Source: Bacteroidia bacterium (lineage in GTDB: Bacteria; Bacteroidota; Bacteroidia; Palsa-965). From it: a stretch of 64,000 nucleotides of DNA. The position numbers and the translations under genes are program-made. The stretch covers positions 25,692-89,691 of the forward strand of contig JBBRYH010000010.1 in assembly GCA_038237845.1 (NCBI GenBank), given 5' to 3'. The notes beneath the pieces are model-generated. The model was not told where the DNA came from. It saw nothing but the letters and a program-made list of their open reading frames with translations, and did no database searches. Shown piece by piece: positions 19,055 through 29,727 of the stretch. How positions within the stretch are numbered: position 1 is the first letter of the stretch; each line of letters opens with the position of its first letter.

Positions 19055-22000
19055 ATGAAAAGGTTTCTACTTTCTCTATCCATCTTCACAGCATGTTTTT
19101 TATCTGGATCATTAGATGCACAGATGACCACCTTCCGTTTTACCTACGATGTGGGATTATTCGACATTTCAGGGGGTATGGTTCAAAATCCTGCTGGAGA
19201 ATTTGTTTTTGCAGGGATCAATAATTCCTTCGGACCCTATTATGGAGACGCAGTAAAAATTGATGCATCAGGAACTGTTGTTTGGGCGAAAGCTTACAAC
19301 GGAGGTTTTGCAACGAACATTTCAGATATAAAAAACGTGAGCACTGGGGGATATATTATGACCGGTCAGTCTTCGAGCGCAGGCGGTGGTGCTTTGCTTA
19401 TTCGCATTGACAACGCAGGAGCTGTTTTGTGGGCATTTAAATATCAACTCCCAGACAAACCCGCCGCAAATGCTTCCAATGAATATGGAAATGCAGTAAT
19501 AGAAACTTCTGACGGCGGTTTTCTTGTTGGTGGTGGCGTGGATTATTTCTGGGATGGTGTTAGTCCAACAACAACTGACACAACAAGTGCAATGGGCTTT
19601 AAGGTAAATTCTAGTGGTGTTTTACAATGGAGTAAAGTTTGGACGATTGCAACTGCAAATCCAGATGAACATTATATTAATGATGTTGCCGAATCTGCTG
19701 ATGGATATTTTTTCGTCGGACAATCTTCTGAGGGTACTGGAACATTAAGTAGTAATGGTGATTACCCTAGCAATGCTTTAATTATTAAAACCACAACTGC
19801 AGGTGCATTAACTTATATCCGTAGATGGGGAGCAGGAAATGCTACTTCACAAGGAATTAATGCCGCAACAAAATTAACAACAGGAAATATTTTACTGGGG
19901 GGATTTGATGATGTAAGTGGATTTCTGGTTTCAATTTCTGGTGTTGGTGCTGCGCCTGCAGTTATTTATAATCACCGACTCAATGGGGCACTTTTTGGAA
20001 GTACCTACCTCATTCAGGATATTATGGAATGTGCAGATGGAAATTATTCAATTATTGGAACACAATTGGTTTTTCTTTCAGTCCAATTAAATACCATGAT
20101 CGTTAAATTAAATAGTTCAACGGGCGCATTAATGTTTGGTAGAACTTATGCGCCTATTGGCCTATCCGCAATTTTACCTGAAGGAGGATTGTGCACCGAT
20201 CAAGGTTATTATGTAGTAATGACGGATCAACAGGTTGGTGGATTTAATGCAAATGTTATTCGAACAAATACAGTGGGACAAACAAATGACCCCGCTTCAG
20301 GATGTCCAGGAACAAGTATTAATCCAACTATTGGAACCATTACAGTAACCTTTACAACACCAACAAGTTCAAATTTTAATCTTGCTGTAGGCTCTTCTTT
20401 TTCTCCTGTAGTTACAAATCTTATCCCCGTACGTACGCAACATTGTTTTAATGCACCTTCTGCTCTTAGTGCAACCTCTACTTCAACAAACGTTACTTGC
20501 TTTGGAGGTTGTAATGGAACTGCGACCGCAACTCCTGCAAATGGAACTGCGCCATATACTTATTTGTGGGCTCCAAGTGGGGGGACTGCCGCTACAGCAA
20601 CAGGTCTTTGCGCAGGAACCTACACTTGCACTGTAACAGATGCCGCATCTGTTAGTACAACAACTTCTGTTACTATTACACAACCCGCCGCAACAGTCGC
20701 AACCATCTCTGCAACACCAATTGAATGTAGTACCGGTTGGGCTTATATAACTGTAAATGTTACAAGTGGTGTTGGGCCCTACACTTATGCATGGTCTCCC
20801 AGCGGTGGAAATACAAATGTAGGTCAGGTATTTGTTGCAGGAAATTATACTTGTACAATAACAAACGGAGCAGGTTGTACTAGTACACAAAGCATCACAG
20901 TTGTTCCAGGCCCAGCCCCAACTTGTAGTATTACATCGAGCAGTAACAATTTATGTTTCGGAAATACGAATGGAACAGCAACAGTAACTGCAAGTAGTGG
21001 AATGGGACCTTATACTTATTCCTGGTCGCCAAGTGGCGGAACGGGGGCTACGGCTTCCAATCTTGCTGCTGGAACCTATACAGTAACGGTTACAGATTTC
21101 TTGGGATGTCAAGCCACATCAACTATAGTTATTACTGCTCCATCACAATTGACTTCCACTTCATCCCAAACAAACGTTTTATGTAATGGTGGAAATAATG
21201 GAACTGCAACAGTAGCTCCAACGGGCGGAACTCCAGGTTATACTTATTCATGGGCCCCAAGTGGTGGAACTGCAGCAACTGCAAGTGGACTTGCACCAAA
21301 CACATACACTTGTACAATTACGGACGGAGCAGGTTGTACTACAACACAAAACTTTACAATAACACAGCCTACAGTAATTTCGGCAAGTGCAACATCAACA
21401 CCAACAGGATGTAGTACGAATACAGGCTCAGCAACCTGCACAGCAAATGGCGGAACAGGAATTTTAACCTATAGTTGGGCTCCGTCAGGAGGAACGGCTG
21501 CCACAGCAATTAATCTTGGTGTAGGAAATTATACGGTGACCGTTACGGATGCAAATGGATGTACGAGTACCGCTAATGCATCTATTATAACTGCAGGAGG
21601 ACCAACCGCATCATTACAATCGAGTTCGAATGTCAATTGTTTTGGCTCATCCACAGGAACTGCTTCCGTCACTGCATCTGGTAATTCTCCTTTTACTTAT
21701 TCATGGAGTCCTTCTGGTGGGAATGCTGCAACAGCAAATGGATTGATTGCCGGAGGATATACCTGTACGATCACAGACATTAATGGTTGTGCTTCAACAC
21801 AAAGTGTTTTGATTACAGAACCCACGGCAATTGTTGCAAGTGCGTCTTCAACGCCAACAGGATGTAGTGCAAGTACTGGTTCTGCAACATGTACTGCTAA
21901 TGGCGGAACAGGTTCCTTAACTTACAGTTGGTCGCCATCTGGCGGAACAAGCGCCACAGCAAATAATCTTGCGGCAGGACCCTATGTTGTGACAATTACA

Positions 22001-23461
22001 GATGCCAACGGATGTACAACAACTGCGAATACAACTGTAACTAGTGTTGGAGGCCCAACAACATCTGTACAGACAACAACTAACGTTGCTTGTTTCGGGA
22101 ACAACACTGGCGCGTCAACAATTACTGCTAGTGGTAATGGACCACTTACTTACAGTTGGGCACCAATTGGCGGAAATGCGGCAACAGGTGCAAATTTATC
22201 AGCAGGAACATATACAGTCACTGTTACGGATATCAATGGTTGTGTTTCAGCACAAACTGTAACAATTACTGAACCGACTGTTATCGCCCCTTTCACTTCT
22301 TCGAATCCTGCAACTTGTGGTAACACAAATGGTGATGCAACAGTTAGTGTTACAGGAGGCACAGGACCTTATACCTATTTATGGAACAATTCACAAACTA
22401 CCGCAACAATTTCAAATCTTGCAGGAGGTTCTTATAATGTAACTGTAACCGATGCAAACGGATGTACTTCAACTGCAACTGTAAACGTAACTAATACGGG
22501 CGCACCAACAGTAAGTTTGCAGTCATCTTCCAACGTTTCTTGTTTCGGTGGAACAACAGGATCAGCAACAGTCCTTGTAAGTGGCGGATCATCGCCTTAC
22601 ACATATGCATGGTCACCTAGTGGAGGAACAAGTGCAAGTGCAACAAATCTTGGAGCGGGTACTTACACCATTACAGTAACAGGAAGTGATGGTTGTACTC
22701 AAACACAAACAGTAACATTGACACAGCCAACAGCTATTGCATTAACTTCTAATGCCGTTGCTGAAAACTGTGGTTCAGCTGATGGAAGCGCAAGTGTTGC
22801 TGCAAGTGGAGGAACACCTGGCTATACTTATGTATGGAGTAATGCAGCAACAAATGATTCAATTTCAAATCTTTCTGCCGGATCTTATTCTGTAACCGCA
22901 ACAGATGCAAACGGATGTACAACTTCTTCAACAGTTGTTGTTACCAATAACAGCACAGCAGTTGCCAACGCAGGAGCATCCGTTACGATTACTTCTGGAC
23001 AAACAGTTCAATTACTTGGAACAGGTGGCGTAACGTATAGTTGGACACCATCAGGAACCTTATCCTGCAGTAATTGTCAGAATCCGGTTGCCTCGCCTAC
23101 TGCAACAACTATTTATATGCTAACTGTTACAGATTCAAACGGATGTACGGATACGGACACCATCACGGTCTATGTTGACATTGCGTGCGGTGAAGTTTAT
23201 GTTCCAAATGCGTTTTCCCCGAATGGAGATCATCAGAACGATATGTTTTATGTAAGAGGTAATTGTATAAAATATCTTGACTTCTCTATTTATAATCGTT
23301 GGGGCGAAAAAGTTTTCTACACTGCTGATCCGGCAATGGGATGGGACGGAACTTGGAGAAACGTTGCATGTGAAAATGCAGTCTTTACTTATTATTTAAA
23401 AGCCACACTATTGGATGGAACAGAAATCGATCGACAAGGAAATATTTCACTTGTAAAATAA
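19055..23461 (+). CDS. SprB-repeat cell-surface adhesin (about 1469 aa): N-terminal beta-propeller-like region, about 12 SprB repeats, and a T9SS type-B CTD.
   Basis: Signal peptide MKRFLLSLSIFTACFLSGSLDAQ. Repeating units CFGxxNGTATxxxxGGTxPYTYSWxPSGGTxATAxxLxAGTYTxTVTDxNGC. C-terminus VYVPNAFSPNGDHQNDMFYVRG...FSIYNRWGEKVFY. Confidence 0.85.
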   Translation: MKRFLLSLSIFTACFLSGSLDAQMTTFRFTYDVGLFDISGGMVQNPAGEFVFAGINNSFGPYYGDAVKIDASGTVVWAKAYNGGFATNISDIKNVSTGGYIMTGQSSSAGGGALLIRIDNAGAVLWAFKYQLPDKPAANASNEYGNAVIETSDGGFLVGGGVDYFWDGVSPTTTDTTSAMGFKVNSSGVLQWSKVWTIATANPDEHYINDVAESADGYFFVGQSSEGTGTLSSNGDYPSNALIIKTTTAGALTYIRRWGAGNATSQGINAATKLTTGNILLGGFDDVSGFLVSISGVGAAPAVIYNHRLNGALFGSTYLIQDIMECADGNYSIIGTQLVFLSVQLNTMIVKLNSSTGALMFGRTYAPIGLSAILPEGGLCTDQGYYVVMTDQQVGGFNANVIRTNTVGQTNDPASGCPGTSINPTIGTITVTFTTPTSSNFNLAVGSSFSPVVTNLIPVRTQHCFNAPSALSATSTSTNVTCFGGCNGTATATPANGTAPYTYLWAPSGGTAATATGLCAGTYTCTVTDAASVSTTTSVTITQPAATVATISATPIECSTGWAYITVNVTSGVGPYTYAWSPSGGNTNVGQVFVAGNYTCTITNGAGCTSTQSITVVPGPAPTCSITSSSNNLCFGNTNGTATVTASSGMGPYTYSWSPSGGTGATASNLAAGTYTVTVTDFLGCQATSTIVITAPSQLTSTSSQTNVLCNGGNNGTATVAPTGGTPGYTYSWAPSGGTAATASGLAPNTYTCTITDGAGCTTTQNFTITQPTVISASATSTPTGCSTNTGSATCTANGGTGILTYSWAPSGGTAATAINLGVGNYTVTVTDANGCTSTANASIITAGGPTASLQSSSNVNCFGSSTGTASVTASGNSPFTYSWSPSGGNAATANGLIAGGYTCTITDINGCASTQSVLITEPTAIVASASSTPTGCSASTGSATCTANGGTGSLTYSWSPSGGTSATANNLAAGPYVVTITDANGCTTTANTTVTSVGGPTTSVQTTTNVACFGNNTGASTITASGNGPLTYSWAPIGGNAATGANLSAGTYTVTVTDINGCVSAQTVTITEPTVIAPFTSSNPATCGNTNGDATVSVTGGTGPYTYLWNNSQTTATISNLAGGSYNVTVTDANGCTSTATVNVTNTGAPTVSLQSSSNVSCFGGTTGSATVLVSGGSSPYTYAWSPSGGTSASATNLGAGTYTITVTGSDGCTQTQTVTLTQPTAIALTSNAVAENCGSADGSASVAASGGTPGYTYVWSNAATNDSISNLSAGSYSVTATDANGCTTSSTVVVTNNSTAVANAGASVTITSGQTVQLLGTGGVTYSWTPSGTLSCSNCQNPVASPTATTIYMLTVTDSNGCTDTDTITVYVDIACGEVYVPNAFSPNGDHQNDMFYVRGNCIKYLDFSIYNRWGEKVFYTADPAMGWDGTWRNVACENAVFTYYLKATLLDGTEIDRQGNISLVK
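20440..22960 (+). repeat. Array of about 235-nt tandem repeats encoding SprB repeat units (GC-richer, Gly/Thr/Ala codons).
   Basis: Periodic protein repeats. They generate several spurious antisense and alternate-frame ORFs (20483-20890, 21244-21441, 22150-22362). Confidence 0.7.
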
Positions 23462-23494
23462 AGAATTCTAAAAACTTACGTTAAAATTTTTCAT

Positions 23495-24541
23495 ATGAAA
23501 TCGAACATAAATAATTTTCTTGCAGTTGGATTGTTTCTGATTCCTATTTTCAGTTTTGGGCAGGACATTCATTTTTCGCAACTCGACCAGACGCCATTGT
23601 TATTAAATCCTGCTCAAACAGCTTTGTCACATACGGCAATGGGCATTGTGAATTTTAAAGACCAATGGAATAGTGTTAGCAAGACACCTTATCGCACCTA
23701 TAATTTCTGCGGTGATTTGGCCTACGCAAAAAAATCAAATGGATCGCATCTTGGTGTTGGTCTAGATTTATTTTCTGATAAAGCTGGTGATGGAGCCATG
23801 GGCACCACAACAGGACAACTTCATTTGTCGGGTGTACTTGCTGCAAATGATCAGAATTTACTTTCGTTAGGAATTTATGGTGGTTTTGGTCAGCGCAGTT
23901 TAACGTATGATAAACTATTGTGGGATAATCAATATGATGGAAATGCATATAATGCAGCATTACCTTCAGGAGAACCAGGAACTTTTGGAAATCATACCTA
24001 TGCTGATTTCGGTGCAGGACTTGCATGGTTTTATGGGAAAGGTCACTCTACATTATCATCCAAAGACGCGTTGAACTTTAATGCAGGATTTGCATTGCAA
24101 CACATTAATCAACCTGTCTACAGTTTTTATGGAGCAGGCGATTTAAAATTACCGATGAAATTTGTTGCTCATGGAAATGCAGAAATTGGATTGAAAAATA
24201 AAAATATTGTACTCGAGCCATCTTACATCGTAATGTTGCAGGGCGGACATCATGAAATTAATGCAGGGCTCCTATTTAAATATGTTATGCAGGAAGCTTC
24301 ACATTATACAGGAAGAAAAAAGCCTGCCGCTTTTGTTTTAGGTGGATATTATCGTTTCGGCGATGCTGCAGTAATTGCAACCGGATATGAATTTTCAAAT
24401 TACCGAATCGGAATTAGTTATGATGTCAATTTATCCGATCTAAATACCGCAAGTAAATCAAAAGGCGGATTAGAAGTATCCTTACGATTTATGACACCGG
24501 ATCCATTCGGGAAAAGCAGCTCCTCAAAATTATTTGACTGA
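23495..24541 (+). CDS. sprF: Type IX secretion system membrane protein PorP/SprF family, cognate partner of the upstream type-B CTD adhesin.
   Basis: N-terminus FGQDIHFSQLDQTPLLLNPAQTA matches the PorP/SprF signature (QDxxFSQ...NPA). About 348 aa. 33-nt gap to the adhesin gene. Confidence 0.8.
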   Translation: MKSNINNFLAVGLFLIPIFSFGQDIHFSQLDQTPLLLNPAQTALSHTAMGIVNFKDQWNSVSKTPYRTYNFCGDLAYAKKSNGSHLGVGLDLFSDKAGDGAMGTTTGQLHLSGVLAANDQNLLSLGIYGGFGQRSLTYDKLLWDNQYDGNAYNAALPSGEPGTFGNHTYADFGAGLAWFYGKGHSTLSSKDALNFNAGFALQHINQPVYSFYGAGDLKLPMKFVAHGNAEIGLKNKNIVLEPSYIVMLQGGHHEINAGLLFKYVMQEASHYTGRKKPAAFVLGGYYRFGDAAVIATGYEFSNYRIGISYDVNLSDLNTASKSKGGLEVSLRFMTPDPFGKSSSSKLFD

Positions 24542-24556
24542 GATTTTTTTTATCTC

Positions 24557-24596
24557 CCGCGGGTGGTTTCTGAAAAGAGCCACCCGTTTTTTTTGT
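24557..24596. terminator. Bidirectional intrinsic terminator between convergent genes: CGGGTGG...CCACCCG stem flanked by T-runs on both strands.
   Basis: 7-bp perfect stem 24560-24566 / 24580-24586, T8 downstream, A/T run upstream. Confidence 0.65.
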
Positions 24597-24615
24597 TGAA
24601 GAAAACAGTTCTTAA

Positions 24616-26064
24616 TTATTTCGGGCAATCATCCACATTGCCGTTTTTTGTTTTTGACTTTTTCTTTTTCCCACTTCCTCCAGTAGGAAACAAGGGAACT
24701 TTTATTGCAAAATAAACATCTGCTGTATAGTTTACTTTTTTAGGAAGTAATATCCCTAACATATTCGTAGTACCAACAATAAATGGTCCCAAACGAAAAC
24801 CAGTTCCAACACAAAGATTTCCAAATCGTGAAAATGAAATTGGCGCCCAGATTCCGTACCATCTTTTTTCCCAACGTGGGGTTACAGAAATTCGGGTAAG
24901 TTCATGCACTTTTCGTCCGTCGTTATTTCTTAAGTACACACCTGAAATAACTGTAGCATTTACAAAAAAAGATTTTCCTACGAAATAATCATACTGTACA
25001 TTTAAGGCAAGCGGTAAGCGCATCCACATTCCATTTCCTTCTTTACTTCCTCCCGAACGAGAATTAAAAAGAGAGCTAAGCGGGCTAGGAGATGTTGAAT
25101 TCCAAACATTGTTATTATAATCCCAAAGATTGGATTGTAAAGAATAATGATCTGAAAATTCTCCATAATGAAAATGAACGAAACCTAAATCTGTGATTGA
25201 AACACCAATACGATATTTATAAACGGGGCGATCACGAAAACCGGGCCACTCTTTTTCTTTTTTCTTTTCTTTCTCATTCTTCTGCATCACGTCAGGACGA
25301 AACTCATAAATAATTCCTGCATCAACACCTAGCCCAGGGTTAAAACCAACTTTATAACTGGGTTGCATGGAAGAATTAAAACTGAAATTATCAGAAATGC
25401 CAAAATCTGCATCTGCACGAACTATAGATAAAACAGAATCATTTCTGAAGTTGTATCCCACATCATTAACAAAAGCATATCCTCCTGCAAGACCTAATAA
25501 AAATTTCGGACGAACACCAAAACTTACAAAATGTTCAGCGCCTGTCCAGATGGTTTTTGCATAGGTTCCACCCAATTCAAACCAGCTTAATGCTGTTACA
25601 CCAATGTGTCTATTATATAATGTTTGTTCGTAATGCGACGGATCAGCTAATTCATTTACAAAAATATGAGCGAGATCTCTTGAAATTCCTTCCACATTCC
25701 CATACGTGCGCACTTTCATATCCACACCCCAACCCACTTTCCCATTAGAAAACATAATGCTCGGAAGAAGAATTTCATTTCTTACGAAGGCTGCTTTTTT
25801 GGTATTCCTTTCACGCAAGATATATTTTTGTGGACCGAAAGTTCCATTCAAATCAGCTCTACGTACACCTGCATAATTATTTCCCACCTCAAGTCCAGCA
25901 CCACAAACGAGTATGTCCATGCTGCAAACATTATCTGCAAGAGACGCAGGATTATAGGAAGCGCCGACAATTCCGGAATAATTACTATGGGCGTAGCCAA
26001 GATAATCTTGCGCGTAAAAGTGGATGGATAATAGGGAAAGAATAGGGAGTAAAAGTCGCTTCAT
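24616..26064 (-). CDS. Putative outer-membrane beta-barrel protein (482 aa) with a Lys-rich C-terminal tail
   Basis: Signal peptide MKRLLLPILSLLSIHFYAQ, Gly/aromatic-rich alternating pattern, C-terminal GGSGKKKKSKTKNG. Confidence 0.5.
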   Translation of the reverse strand: MKRLLLPILSLLSIHFYAQDYLGYAHSNYSGIVGASYNPASLADNVCSMDILVCGAGLEVGNNYAGVRRADLNGTFGPQKYILRERNTKKAAFVRNEILLPSIMFSNGKVGWGVDMKVRTYGNVEGISRDLAHIFVNELADPSHYEQTLYNRHIGVTALSWFELGGTYAKTIWTGAEHFVSFGVRPKFLLGLAGGYAFVNDVGYNFRNDSVLSIVRADADFGISDNFSFNSSMQPSYKVGFNPGLGVDAGIIYEFRPDVMQKNEKEKKKEKEWPGFRDRPVYKYRIGVSITDLGFVHFHYGEFSDHYSLQSNLWDYNNNVWNSTSPSPLSSLFNSRSGGSKEGNGMWMRLPLALNVQYDYFVGKSFFVNATVISGVYLRNNDGRKVHELTRISVTPRWEKRWYGIWAPISFSRFGNLCVGTGFRLGPFIVGTTNMLGILLPKKVNYTADVYFAIKVPLFPTGGSGKKKKSKTKNGNVDDCPK

Positions 26065-26227
26065 TGGTGGGGTGAATAGGAAAGAAAGGTAAGGAAAAAT
26101 TTATAGTGTAATTAAGGAGCAAGCGGGTTTAAACAAATTACTGTGAGACTTACAAATACAAATCATAACTTCGGTGCTACACTTCATTGACTGAAAAATG
26201 ACGAATTTAAGGAGCAACATATATTAA

Positions 26228-26797
26228 ATGAATAAGAACAGTTGTTTGGTTTTACTTTTTACAACAGTATACGCAGTGCTACGTTACACTATTTTCGGCC
26301 CAGTGCCTTATGAAGAAATACCAACTCTTATTTTTAACAAGAGTATTTCCTTTGCTTTGATTATTCTATTAGGCTTATCATTTTTGGAAAAGAAAAAATC
26401 AGAAAAGCGATATGCCTATTTACGTGTTGTAAACATGTTTGTAATTATCCATGTATTATTATCGCTTGCACTTTTTACAAAAGGATATTTTCCAAAATTA
26501 TTTGAAAATGAAAAACTCACTTTATTCGGCAACTTATCACTTCTTGCGGGAGTATTGGCTACGGTTTTTATGATGTTTCGAAAATTCAACATTAAAAATA
26601 TTTATATCTATCTCTTAATAGAATTTCATCTTCTTTTTATCGGAATTAAAGGATGGTTTGATTATCACAAATGGTTCGGTATGATGCCCCCAATCACGCT
26701 CATTTGTTTTCTTATTCTACTTATTCCAATACTATTGGAAGGAGCAAAAGTAAAAAATGATTATTTTAAAATTGAGTCAGACGAAAAAGAAAGTTAG
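26228..26797 (+). CDS. Hypothetical polytopic membrane protein (189 aa)
   Basis: ORF with about five hydrophobic helices. Confidence 0.45.
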   Translation: MNKNSCLVLLFTTVYAVLRYTIFGPVPYEEIPTLIFNKSISFALIILLGLSFLEKKKSEKRYAYLRVVNMFVIIHVLLSLALFTKGYFPKLFENEKLTLFGNLSLLAGVLATVFMMFRKFNIKNIYIYLLIEFHLLFIGIKGWFDYHKWFGMMPPITLICFLILLIPILLEGAKVKNDYFKIESDEKES

Positions 26798-26801
26798 CCA
26801 A

Positions 26802-28268
26802 CTAACTTTTCTTAATAATAATTTTCTGACCTAAATGAAGAACGGATTTTGTGGTTAGTCCATTCCAATCGCATAAATTCTGTACAGAGACTCCGTATTG
26901 TTTTGCGATAATAGAAAGTGATTCATTCTTTTTTACCACGTGAATTTTTTCAGTATTCGTACTGGTGTTAATCGTTTGACTCACTGAAGTACCTCCCAAG
27001 TTTGAAATTTGTGTATTTATTTTTAATTGCAATGAATCGCAATAGGGCTGAATACTTTTTGAATCGAATTCATTAAAGGCATTCAGAAAAGCCAATGAAA
27101 ATAAATTTGCCTGGAGTTCGTATCCAATTTTTGTAAAATGCAATTTGTCTTTTCCTGCCAATCCATTATTTAACCAATAGATCATGGAATTGTTTCCCCC
27201 CATAATTTTATTCAGATCCCAGAATGCGGAACCGGTTTCCGTTGCAATAAGTTTTAGTTTTTCATTGATTGGAATTGTATTGGCAGGATATCTATTTCTG
27301 GAACGCGTATCGGGAGTGTCTGTAAAAATAATATTGATTCCCGGAAATTCTGTTTTGATGCGATTAATGAAGAGCGAAACTTTGGTGTAATAATCATCTA
27401 TGTTAAAATAAGTATCATACGATTCGTTAGAACCATAAGAGAAAATCAGCAGATCAGGATTTATCTGATGCAATTGTGCCAAAGTAAAATCTTGGTCATT
27501 GACCAATTGAAGAAAAGTTGCACCAACAGTTCCGCATCTATTGTATTCTAATCCATGTTGCGAAGGATTTTCAAATTTAATACCATGAAAATTAAAAATA
27601 GTGTCTTCCGATTTTCCATCAAATTGTAATTTGAGTTCCGTTCCAACATGATAGTTGGTGATGATGGTGCAATAAAATCCGGATTCATTTTTTAAAGTCT
27701 CTTCGTAAATAGCTTCCGCACTTCCATTATTGATTAAAATTAATTTGAAATTATTACCACTATGCCAGATCGTAACTTTTTCAATTATTTTCCCATCTTC
27801 ATATTGGACTTCATTCTTTGGATTGTAAATAAAATTAATTGTAGCATTTTTGTCATTAGTTACTATTGTGTGTCCAGTAATTCCGATCGGATATTTATTT
27901 GGATTCTTAACAAGATTAGCGCAATTCCATTCTCCGGTAATTGTTGTCGTCAGATTTTTCGGCCCATAACCTTTGCAAACAGAATAAGGGAAAAGAATTC
28001 CTTCTCCACCTGCTCTGAAATTAGATTGCAAATTCTTTCGGATTACGCCACTTAAAAAATCTCCTTCAATATGTGAATCACCAAAGTGCGCAATGACAAA
28101 TCCAGAATCAACTTTGTTTTTTGCAAATCCCAATTGCTGGAAAGATGACTTTAGATTTTCCGCCCCTTGAATCTCATTGTATCGGATATTAATTACAGTA
28201 TCCTTTTGTCCGAACGTGGGTAAAGAAATGAGTAAGCCAATAAAAAGGAAGACACAGTAATTTTTCAT
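26802..28268 (-). CDS. Secreted SGNH/GDSL-family hydrolase or acyl-transferase with a C-terminal LysM peptidoglycan-binding domain
   Basis: SGNH blocks AHFGDSHIEGD (I), FSYGSNES (III), DKLHFT (V). C-terminal LysM HVVKKNESLSIIAKQYGVSVQNLCDWNGL...LHLGQKIII. Confidence 0.7.
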   Translation of the reverse strand: MKNYCVFLFIGLLISLPTFGQKDTVINIRYNEIQGAENLKSSFQQLGFAKNKVDSGFVIAHFGDSHIEGDFLSGVIRKNLQSNFRAGGEGILFPYSVCKGYGPKNLTTTITGEWNCANLVKNPNKYPIGITGHTIVTNDKNATINFIYNPKNEVQYEDGKIIEKVTIWHSGNNFKLILINNGSAEAIYEETLKNESGFYCTIITNYHVGTELKLQFDGKSEDTIFNFHGIKFENPSQHGLEYNRCGTVGATFLQLVNDQDFTLAQLHQINPDLLIFSYGSNESYDTYFNIDDYYTKVSLFINRIKTEFPGINIIFTDTPDTRSRNRYPANTIPINEKLKLIATETGSAFWDLNKIMGGNNSMIYWLNNGLAGKDKLHFTKIGYELQANLFSLAFLNAFNEFDSKSIQPYCDSLQLKINTQISNLGGTSVSQTINTSTNTEKIHVVKKNESLSIIAKQYGVSVQNLCDWNGLTTKSVLHLGQKIIIKKS

Positions 28269-28271
28269 TTA

Positions 28272-29726
28272 TTAAAAATCAAAATATATAAATGGGTGAA
28301 CCTCTGCAGAACGCATTTGAATAATTAATTGAATAATAATCCCCATCACCATAATTTTAAATACAAAGGGTAGTTTGTCATAAAGGAATCGTATTCCTGA
28401 TTTAAGCTTTAATGGCATTAATGCTAATGCGAAACCTATGCCAAAGATAAGTACCAGCAGAGGATTATTCGCCACAATTAGTTTTATCATCTCCAAATTG
28501 AATCCATGAAATATTGATTTATACATGGTGAATGTGTCCGTCATACTTTTTGCTCTGAACGGCACCCAAAGCAATACAACACATGAAAATGTTAAAGCCC
28601 AATAGAAAAATATCATATAGGGAATTTTGAAATTTATATAGCGGACATACAACTTATGTAAGATCAGCAATACGCCATGGCCGGCGCCCCAGAATATAAA
28701 TCTCCAAAAAGCACCATGCCAGAAACCGCCAATCAACATAGTCACCAAAAGAAATAGCAGTTGAAGAAAAAGCCCTTTTTTATTTCCGCCCAAAGGAATA
28801 TAAATATAATCACGCAGCCAGGATGAAAGGGAGATATGCCATCTTCTCCAAAATTCTGTAATGCTTGTAGATTTATACGGCGAATTAAAATTTACACTTA
28901 ATCTGAATCCAAGCAACAATGCAATTCCAATTGCCATATCTGTGTATCCGCTAAAGTCAAAGAATATTTGAAAGGCATAACATAACGTAGCGAAAATACT
29001 TTCTGTCCCGCTGAATCCTAAAGGTTGTGAAAAAACAACATCGGAATATTGCGCAATAAAATCTCCGATGATCGCTTTTTTAATCAAACCTTTTGAAATT
29101 AAAAAAAATGCTTCATTAATATTATCTCTACTAATGGCAATTCTTTTTGAAGCTTGAGGAAGAAAATCGGCAGCACGAACAATAGGTCCTGCAATGAGAT
29201 GTGGGAAAAAGGACATGTACATCAGGTATTCCGAATAGCTTGGGAAAGCCATTTTTTTCTTGTAGGTATCCACTAAAAAACTGATGGATTGAAAAGTATA
29301 AAATGAAATTCCTATTGGGAGAATCAATTCAATTAAGGTAAAATGCGTCCCACAGATTTCATTACAATTAGAAAAGAAAAAATTCCTGTATTTGAAATAA
29401 AGCAAAAACGACAAACTGAAAAGAATACCGATCGTTAGGAATATTTTTCGTGCTATTTCGCTTTTACTTGTGCTGATTAAGTAGGAGAATAGGTAATCCA
29501 AAGAAATGGTACTGACCAAAAGCAAAAGGAATAATCCACTAGTGATGTAATAAAAATAGAAACTGAAAATAATGATGTAAATGTTTCGAGCTGTTTTCTT
29601 TTCAGCTACTAAAGCATATCCAATTAAAAAAAAACTAAAGATGAATAGAAAAAATCCCGAATGAAAAAGCAAAGGCTCTGTTGGGACGCGATAGAATAAA
29701 CTGCCAATATAGTCCCAGTTGATCAT
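28272..29726 (-). CDS. MBOAT-family membrane-bound O-acyltransferase (AlgI/PatA/DltB-like)
   Basis: 484 aa polytopic. Conserved MBOAT His region WRRWHISLSSWLRDYIYIPLGGNKKG. Confidence 0.85.
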   Translation of the reverse strand: MINWDYIGSLFYRVPTEPLLFHSGFFLFIFSFFLIGYALVAEKKTARNIYIIIFSFYFYYITSGLFLLLLVSTISLDYLFSYLISTSKSEIARKIFLTIGILFSLSFLLYFKYRNFFFSNCNEICGTHFTLIELILPIGISFYTFQSISFLVDTYKKKMAFPSYSEYLMYMSFFPHLIAGPIVRAADFLPQASKRIAISRDNINEAFFLISKGLIKKAIIGDFIAQYSDVVFSQPLGFSGTESIFATLCYAFQIFFDFSGYTDMAIGIALLLGFRLSVNFNSPYKSTSITEFWRRWHISLSSWLRDYIYIPLGGNKKGLFLQLLFLLVTMLIGGFWHGAFWRFIFWGAGHGVLLILHKLYVRYINFKIPYMIFFYWALTFSCVVLLWVPFRAKSMTDTFTMYKSIFHGFNLEMIKLIVANNPLLVLIFGIGFALALMPLKLKSGIRFLYDKLPFVFKIMVMGIIIQLIIQMRSAEVHPFIYFDF

Positions 29727-29727
29727 A

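Noticed and set aside
20451-22931. Several 60-135-aa ORFs inside the SprB-like gene on both strands
   Set aside because: Alternate-frame or antisense artefacts of the GC-richer Gly/Thr/Ala repeat array.
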